In this document: positions 47,189-58,579 of the stretch, piece by piece | Numbering within the stretch: position 1 is the first letter of the stretch | Layout of the letters: each line of letters starts with the position of its first letter | NCBI GenBank assembly: GCA_023954495.1 | Contig: JAMLIA010000005.1 | Span: 6,174 to 70,173 of the forward strand | Length of the DNA: 64,000 nt | Direction: 5' to 3' | From: Thermomicrobiales bacterium | GTDB taxonomy: Bacteria; Chloroflexota; Chloroflexia; Thermomicrobiales; CFX8 | Translations under genes and position numbers: made by a program | The notes under the pieces: generated by a model | Told to the model about the DNA's origin: nothing | Databases searched by the model: none | The model's input: only the letters and a program-made list of their open reading frames with translations

Positions 47189-48178
47189 GTGACGATGGGG
47201 CGCGTGCAGGAAACACGACGGATTGCTCGCCTGCTTGAAATCATCTCGTTCATCCAGGGGTCACCGAGGCGGTGGTCCCGGAAGCGTCTGGCCGACGAGT
47301 TCGAAGTCTCGGAGCGTTCGATCACCAGCGATCTGCAGGTCATTCGCCATGGCCTCGGATGGGATTTGCGCGTCGAGCCCGGCGGAGGCTACTACTTTGG
47401 CAGGTCGGTTCCTCGGCTACCGTCGGTCAGTTATTCGATCCCGGAAGCACTTTCACTACTGCTGGCCGTAGAGGCCGGCTTCAGTTACGGCGGCGTGCAG
47501 CAGGAGGAGCTCAGTGCTGCGGTCAGGCGTCTCACGTCCGTGTTCCCAAAAGACTTGCGACGCATCGTCGAGCACCTTGAACAGGGCTCGCCCCCGCAGA
47601 CGGATGGCCGCCGAACGCAGGCGCTCACGAAGGTTCTGTCGGCAATTTCAAACGGTCGGCGGCTGCATCTTGTCTACAAGGTCGCCTCACGCGGCGGTGA
47701 CATGACCGAGCGTGATGTAGATCCCTACGGCATCGTGCCCTACGAGCGCACATGGCACCTGATTGGCTACTGCCATTTGCGCCAGACGGTCCGTGTGTTC
47801 AAGGTGGATCGCATTCGCAGCATCGAGATACTGCCGCAGAGTTTCGTCGCGCCGGTCGATTTCAATACAGAGCGGTTCCTGGCCTCGGGCTGGGGGCTGA
47901 TGCGCGGTCTTGATCTGCCGGTGGACAAAGTGGCGCTGCGTTTTACGCCACCTGCGGCCGACTGGGTCGCCGAGGGCGAATGGTTCGAGGGCGAGCACAT
48001 CGAGCACGAGCCGGACGGATCGGTCGTTTATCGGGCCACCATTCAGGTAACACCCGAATTCCAGCGCTGGGTTCTCCGCTACGGGCAAATGGTGGAGGTA
48101 AACTCGCCCGATCATTTGCGCGACTGGATCGTTGCCGAAGCGCGCGCGACGATAGAACGGACTAGCACCAAGGCCTGA
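47189..48178 (+). CDS. WYL-domain transcriptional regulator (HTH-WYL-WCX architecture)
   Basis: N-terminal HTH RIARLLEIISFIQ...LADEFEVSERSITSDLQVI, and a WYL domain DVDPYGIVPYERTWHLIGYCHLRQTVRVFKVDRI. Confidence 0.8.
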   Translation: MTMGRVQETRRIARLLEIISFIQGSPRRWSRKRLADEFEVSERSITSDLQVIRHGLGWDLRVEPGGGYYFGRSVPRLPSVSYSIPEALSLLLAVEAGFSYGGVQQEELSAAVRRLTSVFPKDLRRIVEHLEQGSPPQTDGRRTQALTKVLSAISNGRRLHLVYKVASRGGDMTERDVDPYGIVPYERTWHLIGYCHLRQTVRVFKVDRIRSIEILPQSFVAPVDFNTERFLASGWGLMRGLDLPVDKVALRFTPPAADWVAEGEWFEGEHIEHEPDGSVVYRATIQVTPEFQRWVLRYGQMVEVNSPDHLRDWIVAEARATIERTSTKA

Positions 48179-48349
48179 CTTCGGGACGGTTGGCCCGCCT
48201 CGTGCGTTATATCTCCGTACCAGACGCACGACGCGATTTCGGTGTGTCGTGCAGGAGAAGTTAGGACGCTACATACCGTGCCACCGCGAGTGACACCATT
48301 TCCTGGGCCGGTTGATTCGGCCCGCCAAATCTTTCAAATCGTTCGCGAG

Positions 48350-49228
48350 ATGTCGTTCGACGATCTGGAGCAGGCAGCGTTGCGGCGGCCTCGCCTGGCC
48401 GTGGTCTCAACAACCGCCGAGGATGCGCAAGTAGCAGCACTCGACATCTTCGGTCCGGAAGCGAGCGAGCGCGTCGTTGCCCTCGGGGAGGCAGACCCGC
48501 TTCCGGACCTCGCTGAAATCATTCTGGTCGAGGAGCGCGCCTGGCGTGCACGCGCGGTCTCCGATGCGCGGGTCGTCGTCTTCAGCCGTTCTGAGCCAAT
48601 TGAGCGCGTCTGGCAGATGCTGTTCGCTCGCGAGCCTGATATTGAGCTCGCGCTGGGACGGTCATTCCCGAAGCTGCGCCGCGCGGCGGCAGCGCACGTC
48701 GTGAACGCCACGTCGCGCGTCAACGCGCAATTCGCTGTCGTCTCGAACATCCCGTCGCTGGTGCCAGTTGTTGGCGGATTGCTGGCTGCCGGCGCGGACA
48801 CAATCGTGCTGACCAAGAATCAGTTGATGATGATCTACAAGCTGGCGGCGATCTACGGCCGAGACACCAGCAACCGGATGGCGATTTATCGAGAGATGGT
48901 GCCGGTCGTCGGTGCCGGCCTGTTCTGGCGCACGGTTGCACGCGACATGGCGGCGATTCTGCCGTTCGCGGCGGGTGCCGTGCCGAAGGTTCTGATCGCG
49001 TTCACCGGCACGTTCGTCGCCGGGATGGCGGCGCAGGTGTACTACGATGAAGGGCGACGCCCGTCGCGTGATCGACTTGACTCGTTCCGCCACTGGGCGA
49101 TGCGAGAAATTCGTCGCACACCAGCGCTGCTCCGATCGGTGCCGAGGCTCCGCGATGGCTTCGTCAACTCAGATGCCGACGTGATCGATGTGCGCTACAC
49201 GACCGACGTTTCGAGTGAAATGCCGTAG
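48350..49228 (+). CDS. DUF697-like membrane-associated protein
   Basis: DTIVLTKNQLMMIYKLAAIYGRD and the following hydrophobic helices resemble the DUF697 (YcjF-like) core. Assignment from memory. Confidence 0.55.
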   Translation: MSFDDLEQAALRRPRLAVVSTTAEDAQVAALDIFGPEASERVVALGEADPLPDLAEIILVEERAWRARAVSDARVVVFSRSEPIERVWQMLFAREPDIELALGRSFPKLRRAAAAHVVNATSRVNAQFAVVSNIPSLVPVVGGLLAAGADTIVLTKNQLMMIYKLAAIYGRDTSNRMAIYREMVPVVGAGLFWRTVARDMAAILPFAAGAVPKVLIAFTGTFVAGMAAQVYYDEGRRPSRDRLDSFRHWAMREIRRTPALLRSVPRLRDGFVNSDADVIDVRYTTDVSSEMP

Positions 49229-50577
49229 TTGTTCAGCTTCTCCGTCAGCTCGTCAAGACTCAAGTCCAGCAGGCTGGCTGCGGCAACACGATCGCCGCTC
49301 GACTGGCGCAGAGCCTCACGGATCATCTGGCGTTCGACATCCTGAAGGACTTCCTGCATCGGCGTTCGGTTGCGCACCGTGCTGGCGATGTCGATGAAGT
49401 GCCCCTGATCGGTCGATGAGAACGTGATCAGGTCTTCGGTGATGATTCCGCCCTGTGCCATGACAATCGCACGTTCGATCGTGTTCTCCAGTTCGCGGAC
49501 ATTGCCGGGCCAGTCGTGATCGATGAGCGTCCGCATCGCGCCGGCTGAGATTTGCGTTGGGCTAGCGGACGAGCTGATGCGGTGCTTGTGCAGAAAGTGC
49601 TCCACCAGCAACGGAATGTCGTCGCGCCGCTCACGCAGCGGCGGAAGATAGATCTCAATGACGTTCAGACGGAAATACAGATCCTCGCGGAACTGGCCAT
49701 CACGCACTTCCTGGGGCAGGTTCTTGTTCGTTGCCGTGATCACGCGGACATCGACCTTGACTGGCACGGTCCCGCCGACACGTTCGAACTCGCGCTCCTG
49801 CAGCACACGCAGCAGCTTCTTCTGGGTTGAGAGCGTCATTTCGCCGATCTCATCCAGAAAGATCGTGCCCCGATTGGCGCGCTCGAAGTGGCCTTTCTTC
49901 TGGGCAATCGCACCGGTGAACGCGCCCTTTTCGTGGCCGAAGAGCTCGCTCTCAAGCAACGTCTCCGGCAGAGCCGCGCAGTTGACCTTCACCAGCGGGC
50001 CGTGCGCATAGCCGGAGTTGCGGTGAATCGTCGTCGCAACCAGCTCCTTGCCGGAGCCGGTTTCGCCGGTAATCAGCACCGTCGAATCTGTGCGCGCGAC
50101 GCGGCCAATGGACTTGAAGACTTCCTGCATCGCCGGGCTGTTGCCGATGATGTATTCATTGGGATCGCGCTCGGCGAGCGCACGAAGCTTCTGCACCTCG
50201 TTGGCCAGCGCCTGGCGCTCAAAGAACCGCTGCACGCGCAGGAGAACGTCATCCAGATCAAATGGCTTGGTGACATAATCATAGGCACCGAACTGGATTG
50301 CATCGATGGCGGTGGAAGCGGAGCCGTAGGCAGTCATGACAATGATCGGAAACGGGCCATCGCGTGTGTCGCTTAGCTTGCGCAGAACGTCGAGGCCGCT
50401 GACATCCGGCATGCGCACGTCCATGATGACCAGATCAGGCGGGTCGTCAGCAGAGATTTCCTCAATGATTGTCGCGCCGTTCGTCACCTCCTCGACATCG
50501 AAGCCCTCGTCTTCGAACAGTTCGCGAAGGAGCGATCGGATACCGGCGTCGTCATCCGCTACCAGTATTCGAGCCAT
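49195..50577 (-). CDS. Sigma54-dependent response regulator (NtrC family: REC-AAA+-HTH)
   Basis: REC domain ILVADDDAGIRSLL...DVRMPD. AAA+ domain GETGSGKELVA and ESELFGHEKGAFTGA (GAFTGA). C-terminal Fis-type HTH. Confidence 0.85.
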   Translation of the reverse strand: MARILVADDDAGIRSLLRELFEDEGFDVEEVTNGATIIEEISADDPPDLVIMDVRMPDVSGLDVLRKLSDTRDGPFPIIVMTAYGSASTAIDAIQFGAYDYVTKPFDLDDVLLRVQRFFERQALANEVQKLRALAERDPNEYIIGNSPAMQEVFKSIGRVARTDSTVLITGETGSGKELVATTIHRNSGYAHGPLVKVNCAALPETLLESELFGHEKGAFTGAIAQKKGHFERANRGTIFLDEIGEMTLSTQKKLLRVLQEREFERVGGTVPVKVDVRVITATNKNLPQEVRDGQFREDLYFRLNVIEIYLPPLRERRDDIPLLVEHFLHKHRISSSASPTQISAGAMRTLIDHDWPGNVRELENTIERAIVMAQGGIITEDLITFSSTDQGHFIDIASTVRNRTPMQEVLQDVERQMIREALRQSSGDRVAAASLLDLSLDELTEKLNNYGISLETSVV

Positions 50578-50810
50578 CCTGAGTATCGTCCTCCCCCCGG
50601 GGCGCATGTGGTATCCATCCACGCGGGAATCCCCGCGCGCTGGAATGTCTGGTTGTGTACATGGTGATCCGCATCGGCGCGGCATCACCCTACTTCCAGC
50701 CCGACGCCCGATGACCGGCACATGACCTGTCAAGGCAGGTTAGATGGGCAAGTATACTCCGGCCCAAGTGATGACTGTTGTGAGACGTATTGTGAAGCAG
50801 GAAACAGTGT

Positions 50811-52454
50811 ATGCCTGACGTGCCGGAGCGAGTAGTGCTCATCGGTCCCAGTGGAGCCGGAAAATCGTCCATCGCCCGTGCCCTGGGTGAGCGCCTGGGC
50901 AAGCCGGTGATCGACACCGATGATGAGCTCAGCGAACGAATCGGGATGCCGATCACCGAGTTCTTCGCACGCTACGGAGAGCCGGCGTTCCGTGCTATTG
51001 AGCGAGAGGTCGTCGCGCAGGCGTGCCAGCAGGGCCCAGCAGTTATTGCGACGGGTGGCGGCGCGGTGCTCTTCGACGAAAACTGGGCCGTCTGGCGTCC
51101 GAACAGCGTTGTCGTTGGCCTGTCGGCTGATCCGGAGACCCTCGTCGGTCGCGTGACGCGCCAGACCGGGGCGGACGGGGAGCGTGCCGAACGGCCGCTA
51201 CTGGCCGGCAACGCTGAGGAGCGTATTCGCGCGCTCGTAGCGCAGCGCTCAGCGCTCTACGCGCAGGCCGATGTCACCATCGATACCTCCGCTCTTGATC
51301 ACGCTGCGGCTATTGAGGCCGTTGTGCGAGCTGTCATGCAGCATTCTGCCGGTGGGCTCAGTCCGCGATTGTCGCTGCTGACGCCGTCTGGACGCTCAGA
51401 CATTTACGTTGGCCGCGGGGTGCGCAGTCAGCTCGGGCAGACGATCCATCAGCGCTGGCCGCGCTCGCGCCGCGCCTGGGTGGTGTCCGACGAGAATGTG
51501 GCCGCGCGCTGGGCTGACGAAGTTTGCGAGTCGCTGGAGCGAGACGGACTGCGGGCCGATCTGCTCGTTGTGCAGCCCGGCGAGACGACCAAGAGCCTGA
51601 CCGACGTAGAACGCCTCTGCAAACAGATGACCGAAGGAGGTGCGACGCGGCGGGATGTCGTGATCGCGCTGGGCGGCGGTGTCGTCGGCGATCTGGCCGG
51701 GTTTGTGGCGAGCATTTGTCTTCGCGGTCTGGCGCTGGTCCAGGTGCCGACGTCGCTCCTGGCGATGGTCGATTCCAGCGTCGGCGGTAAGACCGGCGTC
51801 AACCTGCCGGCCGGTAAGAACCTGGCCGGGGCGTTCTATCAGCCCGGAGTTGTATTGATCGATCCTGCGTTCCTCGATTCGTTGCCACAGGCTGAATACC
51901 GATCCGGCATGGCCGAGGTCATCAAGCACTCGTTGATCCAGCCGAGCACGCCGCTTGGTGGAACGACGCTGCTGGAGACGCTGCAGGAGGTCGAGCTGGA
52001 TCCGCTCCCGGCGGAGCAGGTTGAGGAGATTCTGGCGCTGAACGTCGCAATCAAAGCATCGGTTGTCGCTGCTGACGAGCGCGAGGCTGGACTGCGGATG
52101 GTGCTCAATTTCGGCCACACCGCCGGTCACGCGATCGAGGCCGACGGCTATCGCTACCGCCACGGCGAGGCGATCGGCTTGGGATTGCTGACTATCATTG
52201 GTGCAGCCGTCGCGATGGGTCGCGTGCCGGAGACGGACCTGGATCGCGTCCGGGCGCTCCTGAATCGCGCTGGCTTGCCAACGGACCTTGAGACGGACAT
52301 CGAGCAGGTGCTGAGTAATCTGACGCATGATAAGAAGAATGTCGACGGCGCGATTCACTGGGTGTTGCCGGTCCGCGACGGTGGGGTTGAGCTCGAAACC
52401 GACGTCGCAATCGACGATGTGCGGCGTAGCTTGCTCGCTTTGACCAGGGAATAG
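50811..52454 (+). CDS. Bifunctional shikimate kinase / 3-dehydroquinate synthase
   Basis: N-terminal AroK (LIGPSGAGKSSIARALG...DTD) is fused to AroB (GGGVVGDLAGFVAS, NFGHTAGHAIE). Confidence 0.85.
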   Translation: MPDVPERVVLIGPSGAGKSSIARALGERLGKPVIDTDDELSERIGMPITEFFARYGEPAFRAIEREVVAQACQQGPAVIATGGGAVLFDENWAVWRPNSVVVGLSADPETLVGRVTRQTGADGERAERPLLAGNAEERIRALVAQRSALYAQADVTIDTSALDHAAAIEAVVRAVMQHSAGGLSPRLSLLTPSGRSDIYVGRGVRSQLGQTIHQRWPRSRRAWVVSDENVAARWADEVCESLERDGLRADLLVVQPGETTKSLTDVERLCKQMTEGGATRRDVVIALGGGVVGDLAGFVASICLRGLALVQVPTSLLAMVDSSVGGKTGVNLPAGKNLAGAFYQPGVVLIDPAFLDSLPQAEYRSGMAEVIKHSLIQPSTPLGGTTLLETLQEVELDPLPAEQVEEILALNVAIKASVVAADEREAGLRMVLNFGHTAGHAIEADGYRYRHGEAIGLGLLTIIGAAVAMGRVPETDLDRVRALLNRAGLPTDLETDIEQVLSNLTHDKKNVDGAIHWVLPVRDGGVELETDVAIDDVRRSLLALTRE

Positions 52455-52463
52455 ACTGGCGTG

Positions 52464-52472
52464 TGCTATAGT
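52464..52472 (+). promoter_or_regulatory. Extended -10-like element (TGcTATAGT) upstream of adoK
   Basis: tgctatagt lies 65 nt upstream of GTG 52537. There is no good -35 at 17 nt spacing. Confidence 0.3.
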
Positions 52473-52536
52473 CCGATGGTTACGCCTCCCGAGGACGGGT
52501 GGTGTTGTCGTGCATTGAACACCGGAGACACGCATT

Positions 52537-53535
52537 GTGACCGTCCTGCTCTCAGGTTCCCTCGCATACGATCACATCATGGTTTTTCCCGGTCATTTTG
52601 AAGACCACATAATTCCCGACAAGATCCACGTGCTGAACGTGTCGTTTCTCGTTGATTCGCTGGATCGGCTGCGTGGTGGAGTTGCCGGGAACATCGCCTA
52701 CAGCCTGGCGCTGCTTGGGACACGTTGCCGCGTCGTCGCGACGGCCGGTATTGATTTCGATGAGTACCGCTCGGCGCTGGAGCGCGTTGGTGTAGACACG
52801 TCCGGGATCCACATCATCGAGCACGAGCGCACCGCGAGCGCCTTCATTACGACTGATCGCGCCGACAACCAGATTACGGGGTTCTATCCGGGCGCGATGT
52901 CGAAGGCTCGCGATGTGTCGGTCGATGACCACCGCGAGGATGTGCGGCTTGGCGTGATCTCGCCGACCGACCCGGAAGCGATGATCCGGCACGTGCGGGA
53001 ATTCGCTGCCGCCGGCGTCCCCTACGTCTTCGATCCCGGCCAGCAGATCATTGCACTCTCCGGTACGGCGCTGAGCGAAGGCGTGAAGTCCGCCAGGTTG
53101 CTGATCGGCAATGACTATGAGTTCGCCATGATCTGCGACAAGACGGGCACCAGTCGCGATGAGCTCATTCGGGCCTGCGAAACGGTGGTCATCACCTATG
53201 GTGACCTGGGCTCGACGATCTACGATGGCCACGGCAAATCCGAACATCGCATCCCGGCGGCCCGCGCGTCATCGGTTGTTGACCCAACCGGGGCTGGCGA
53301 CGGATACCGCGCCGGACTGATTCACGGCATGTTGGCCGGCCTTTCCTGGGAAGAGGCTGGGCGTATTGGCTCGCAGGCCGCGACGTTCGTCGTCGAGGTC
53401 AAGGGCACGCAGAGCCATGAGTACACGGCGGCAGCGTTCGCTGAGCGGTTCTCAGAGTCGTTTCCTGAATACGCCGACGCAGTGCGCACACTGCATGAAG
53501 ACCCGGCAGTGGCCGGTCGAAACAGGGAAGAGTAG
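52537..53535 (+). CDS. adoK: PfkB-family adenosine kinase
   Basis: The N-terminus GSLAYDHIMVFPGHFEDHIIPDKIHVLNVSFLVDSLDRLRGGVAGNIAYSLALLG closely resembles the mycobacterial-type adenosine kinase as I recall it. The DPTGAGD motif is present. Confidence 0.75.
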   Translation: MTVLLSGSLAYDHIMVFPGHFEDHIIPDKIHVLNVSFLVDSLDRLRGGVAGNIAYSLALLGTRCRVVATAGIDFDEYRSALERVGVDTSGIHIIEHERTASAFITTDRADNQITGFYPGAMSKARDVSVDDHREDVRLGVISPTDPEAMIRHVREFAAAGVPYVFDPGQQIIALSGTALSEGVKSARLLIGNDYEFAMICDKTGTSRDELIRACETVVITYGDLGSTIYDGHGKSEHRIPAARASSVVDPTGAGDGYRAGLIHGMLAGLSWEEAGRIGSQAATFVVEVKGTQSHEYTAAAFAERFSESFPEYADAVRTLHEDPAVAGRNREE

Positions 53536-54813
<1,278 letters not shown>

Positions 54814-54877
54814 CGCCAGCAGAGAATACGCACGCGGGTGAGACCGACCATCGACTAGCTGGAGGAGACCCAACGCA

Positions 54878-56107
<1,230 letters not shown>

Positions 56108-56124
56108 AGCGTGAGCGGGACGCG

Positions 56125-57081
56125 ATGACGACCGCGCTCATCACCGGCGCGAGTGGTTTCGTTGGCCGTCACCTCGTCGCGGAACTCGAAAGCACCACCG
56201 ACTGGCAGGTTGTCGGCATCGGTCGGCGTGCGTCCACACTCGGCACGCGGACGCGCGTGCTGGCCTGCGATCTTCGGGATGCTGATCTGGTGCGTCGAAC
56301 GGTGACGCACGTTGCCCCGGAGATCATCTTTCATCTGGCCAGTCAGAGCTATGTGCCGCAGTCCGTCGCCGCACCGGCCGAAACCCTCACCAACAATCTG
56401 GTTGGAATGCTCAACGTCCTGGAGGCGATTCGCGGAACCGCGAACAGCGTACGCGTTGTCGCGGTCGGGTCAGCCGAAGAGTACGGTTTCGTCGCGCCGG
56501 ACGAGGTGCCGGTTACCGAAGCACAGCCGTTCCGGCCCGGCAATCCGTACGCTGTCTCCAAGATCGCACAGGACATGCTCGCGCTCCAATATGCGCTGTC
56601 GTACGGTATGGAGATCGTCCGTCTGCGCCCATTCAGCCACGTCGGCCCTGGTCAGAGTGACCGGTTTGTGCTCTCGACATTTGCACGCCAGATAGCAGAG
56701 GCTGAACACGGGCTGATCGAGCCGACAATTCTGACCGGTAACCTCGATGCGATCCGTGACTTCCTCGATGTCCGCGACGTGGTTCAGGCCTATCGCCTGG
56801 CGGCAGATGCCATCGACCCCGGAAAAGGCGAGGTCTACAATCTGGCCAGCGGCGTCGGCTGGCGGATTGGCGACCTGCTGGACAAGCTCACCGGCATGGC
56901 GACGATCCCTGTCGAGGTGCGGCAGGACCCGTCGCGGTTGCGGCCGTCGGACGTGCCGGTGCTGATTGGTGACGCGACGCGGTTCCGCGAGCGCACGGGA
57001 TGGCAACCTGGTTGGACGATTGAGGACACGTTGCGCGACATTCTCGACGATTGGCGCGCGCGGCTGCGCCCAAGCGCCTAG
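56125..57081 (+). CDS. NAD-dependent epimerase/dehydratase (extended SDR)
   Basis: ITGASGFVGRHL is the Rossmann motif, and NPYAVSK is the catalytic YxxxK. Confidence 0.8.
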   Translation: MTTALITGASGFVGRHLVAELESTTDWQVVGIGRRASTLGTRTRVLACDLRDADLVRRTVTHVAPEIIFHLASQSYVPQSVAAPAETLTNNLVGMLNVLEAIRGTANSVRVVAVGSAEEYGFVAPDEVPVTEAQPFRPGNPYAVSKIAQDMLALQYALSYGMEIVRLRPFSHVGPGQSDRFVLSTFARQIAEAEHGLIEPTILTGNLDAIRDFLDVRDVVQAYRLAADAIDPGKGEVYNLASGVGWRIGDLLDKLTGMATIPVEVRQDPSRLRPSDVPVLIGDATRFRERTGWQPGWTIEDTLRDILDDWRARLRPSA

Positions 57082-57854
57082 CCGGTCGTTCCGCCCGGAG
57101 GCGTGTAGCCGGGGACCGCGCTGGCGATCATCGCGCCCAGTGCGTCAAGCATCGCCTGTCCTTCTTCGACCGTTGCCTGTGCCGGATCGCCAAAATATCC
57201 GAGTTCCGCGCCCGCATCGGCAAACGTACGGGCACCTTCACGGAGACGGGCCGGCAGATCGATCCAGACCGGCGGCATTGTCGCCAGCGTCGCGCGATCG
57301 ACAGCTTCCGGCTTTGCGGTGAGCACGATCGATGTCTCGTAACACCCCGCGTGACGAGCGCCCCGGCGGAACTCCTCGCTGAGTGTTGCGGCGTGATGCT
57401 CTTTGCGCTGATCCGGCGAACGCACCGGCAGGCCGGTCGCCTCCTCGACGGTACGGCAGGCTCGCTGGATGCGGTTGACGTGTTCCGGCTCCAGATGCGC
57501 ATTGCAGCAGATCAGCGCCTGATACCCCTGCCTCGCTGCCTGAGTGAGCAGGCTCGTCAGGTAGCGCTCGAACTGCTCCGCCTCAACGGGTGTAGTGCCC
57601 GGAAACGACGTCCCGACGAATGAGACGCTGTACGCAATCGGTGGCAGGATGATCGCAGGTATCCCGGCTGCGTTGAGCTTTTCGGCGGCGTTCTCCGCTG
57701 TCGCGACCGCGATGATGACATCGGTGTCCAGCGGCAAATGCGGCCCATGAGCCTCGGTCGCGCCGATCGGCAGCAGCCCGACTGGCCGCTGCTCCAGGAT
57801 CTCGGCCGCCTGCATCCAGGTGAGATCTGCGAGATGGATGCACTTCGTGGACAT
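57078..57854 (-). CDS. Creatininase-family amidohydrolase
   Basis: LLPIGATEAHGPHLPLDTD is the family signature. Confidence 0.8.
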   Translation of the reverse strand: MSTKCIHLADLTWMQAAEILEQRPVGLLPIGATEAHGPHLPLDTDVIIAVATAENAAEKLNAAGIPAIILPPIAYSVSFVGTSFPGTTPVEAEQFERYLTSLLTQAARQGYQALICCNAHLEPEHVNRIQRACRTVEEATGLPVRSPDQRKEHHAATLSEEFRRGARHAGCYETSIVLTAKPEAVDRATLATMPPVWIDLPARLREGARTFADAGAELGYFGDPAQATVEEGQAMLDALGAMIASAVPGYTPPGGTTG

Positions 57855-57929
57855 GGGGATTGCCTCTCTGAGATGTCAATCGAGTATCCTTGCCCAACCG
57901 AGCCAGATGCGCCAAAGGATTGCCGGGCT

Positions 57930-58256
57930 ATGAAGCTGCTTGTCGCGATTGTGCAGGACTATGATGCCTCATCTCTACTCCAGGCGCTGGTGAAAGCGGG
58001 GTATGGAGCGACCTATATCGGTACAACCGGCAGGTTCTTGCGCAGTGGAACCGCTGCGGTCCTTGTCGGAATCGAGGATGAGCAGCAAGCGAGCGCCACT
58101 GCCATCATCACCCGCCTCACATGTGAGCGTTCTGCTCCGCCTGCGTCGGTTCCGCAATCGCTCGAAAATGACATGGGAACTGATTTGATTGAATCGGTCG
58201 CGCTCGGTGGCGCGCATCTGTTCGTGCTGCGCGTCGCGCGTTTTTGCCAGATGTAG
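57930..58256 (+). CDS. YaaQ/DUF970-family cyclic-di-AMP receptor-like protein
   Basis: MKLLVAIVQDYDASSLLQALVKAGYGATYIGTTGRFLRSGTAAVLVGIED...GGAHLFVLRV parallels B. subtilis YaaQ as I recall it. Confidence 0.7.
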   Translation: MKLLVAIVQDYDASSLLQALVKAGYGATYIGTTGRFLRSGTAAVLVGIEDEQQASATAIITRLTCERSAPPASVPQSLENDMGTDLIESVALGGAHLFVLRVARFCQM

Positions 58257-58265
58257 CGGGGCGCT

Positions 58266-58520
58266 ATGCAGCATTTCGTTCGCCACATCACCCACGCGAG
58301 CATTCGGTATTACGCCGCGCTGCGACTGGCAGCGGGATCGATGCTCGACATCGTGCCTGCCGATGGTATGCCGGATCGGCCGCCAATCGTGCGGCGTTCG
58401 GAAAACGAGCTGCCTTCCGGCTTCGATCGTCGCGAGCTGATTGAACGCAACGGCGTATCGCACGTCGTCACATTGACGGCGCAGGTTGAGCGCAAAGCCC
58501 TTGATATATCGTTGAATTGA
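58266..58520 (+). CDS. Hypothetical protein (84 aa)
   Basis: The ORF starts 9 nt after the yaaQ-like stop and is followed by a strong hairpin. No motif recognised. Confidence 0.4.
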   Translation: MQHFVRHITHASIRYYAALRLAAGSMLDIVPADGMPDRPPIVRRSENELPSGFDRRELIERNGVSHVVTLTAQVERKALDISLN

Positions 58521-58531
58521 AAGCAGATCAC

Positions 58532-58563
58532 TGCCGCGCCGATGGAATCGCATCGGCGCGGCA
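58532..58563. terminator. Hairpin between convergent genes (13-bp stem)
   Basis: tgccgcgccgatg-gaatcg-catcggcgcggca. There is no clear U-tract on either side. Confidence 0.5.
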
Positions 58564-58579
58564 ATCTCGTGGACCCTTG

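Noticed and set aside
54814-54877. SAM riboswitch upstream of metK
   Set aside because: The gap is only 64 nt and contains just an SD (GGAGGAG). That is too short, and it lacks SAM-I, SAM-II or SAM-IV conserved elements.
57975-58553. 192-aa minus-strand ORF antisense to the yaaQ-like gene
   Set aside because: It fully overlaps two better-supported plus-strand genes. It has no SD or recognisable motif, and its Arg-rich composition is typical of shadow ORFs in GC-rich DNA.
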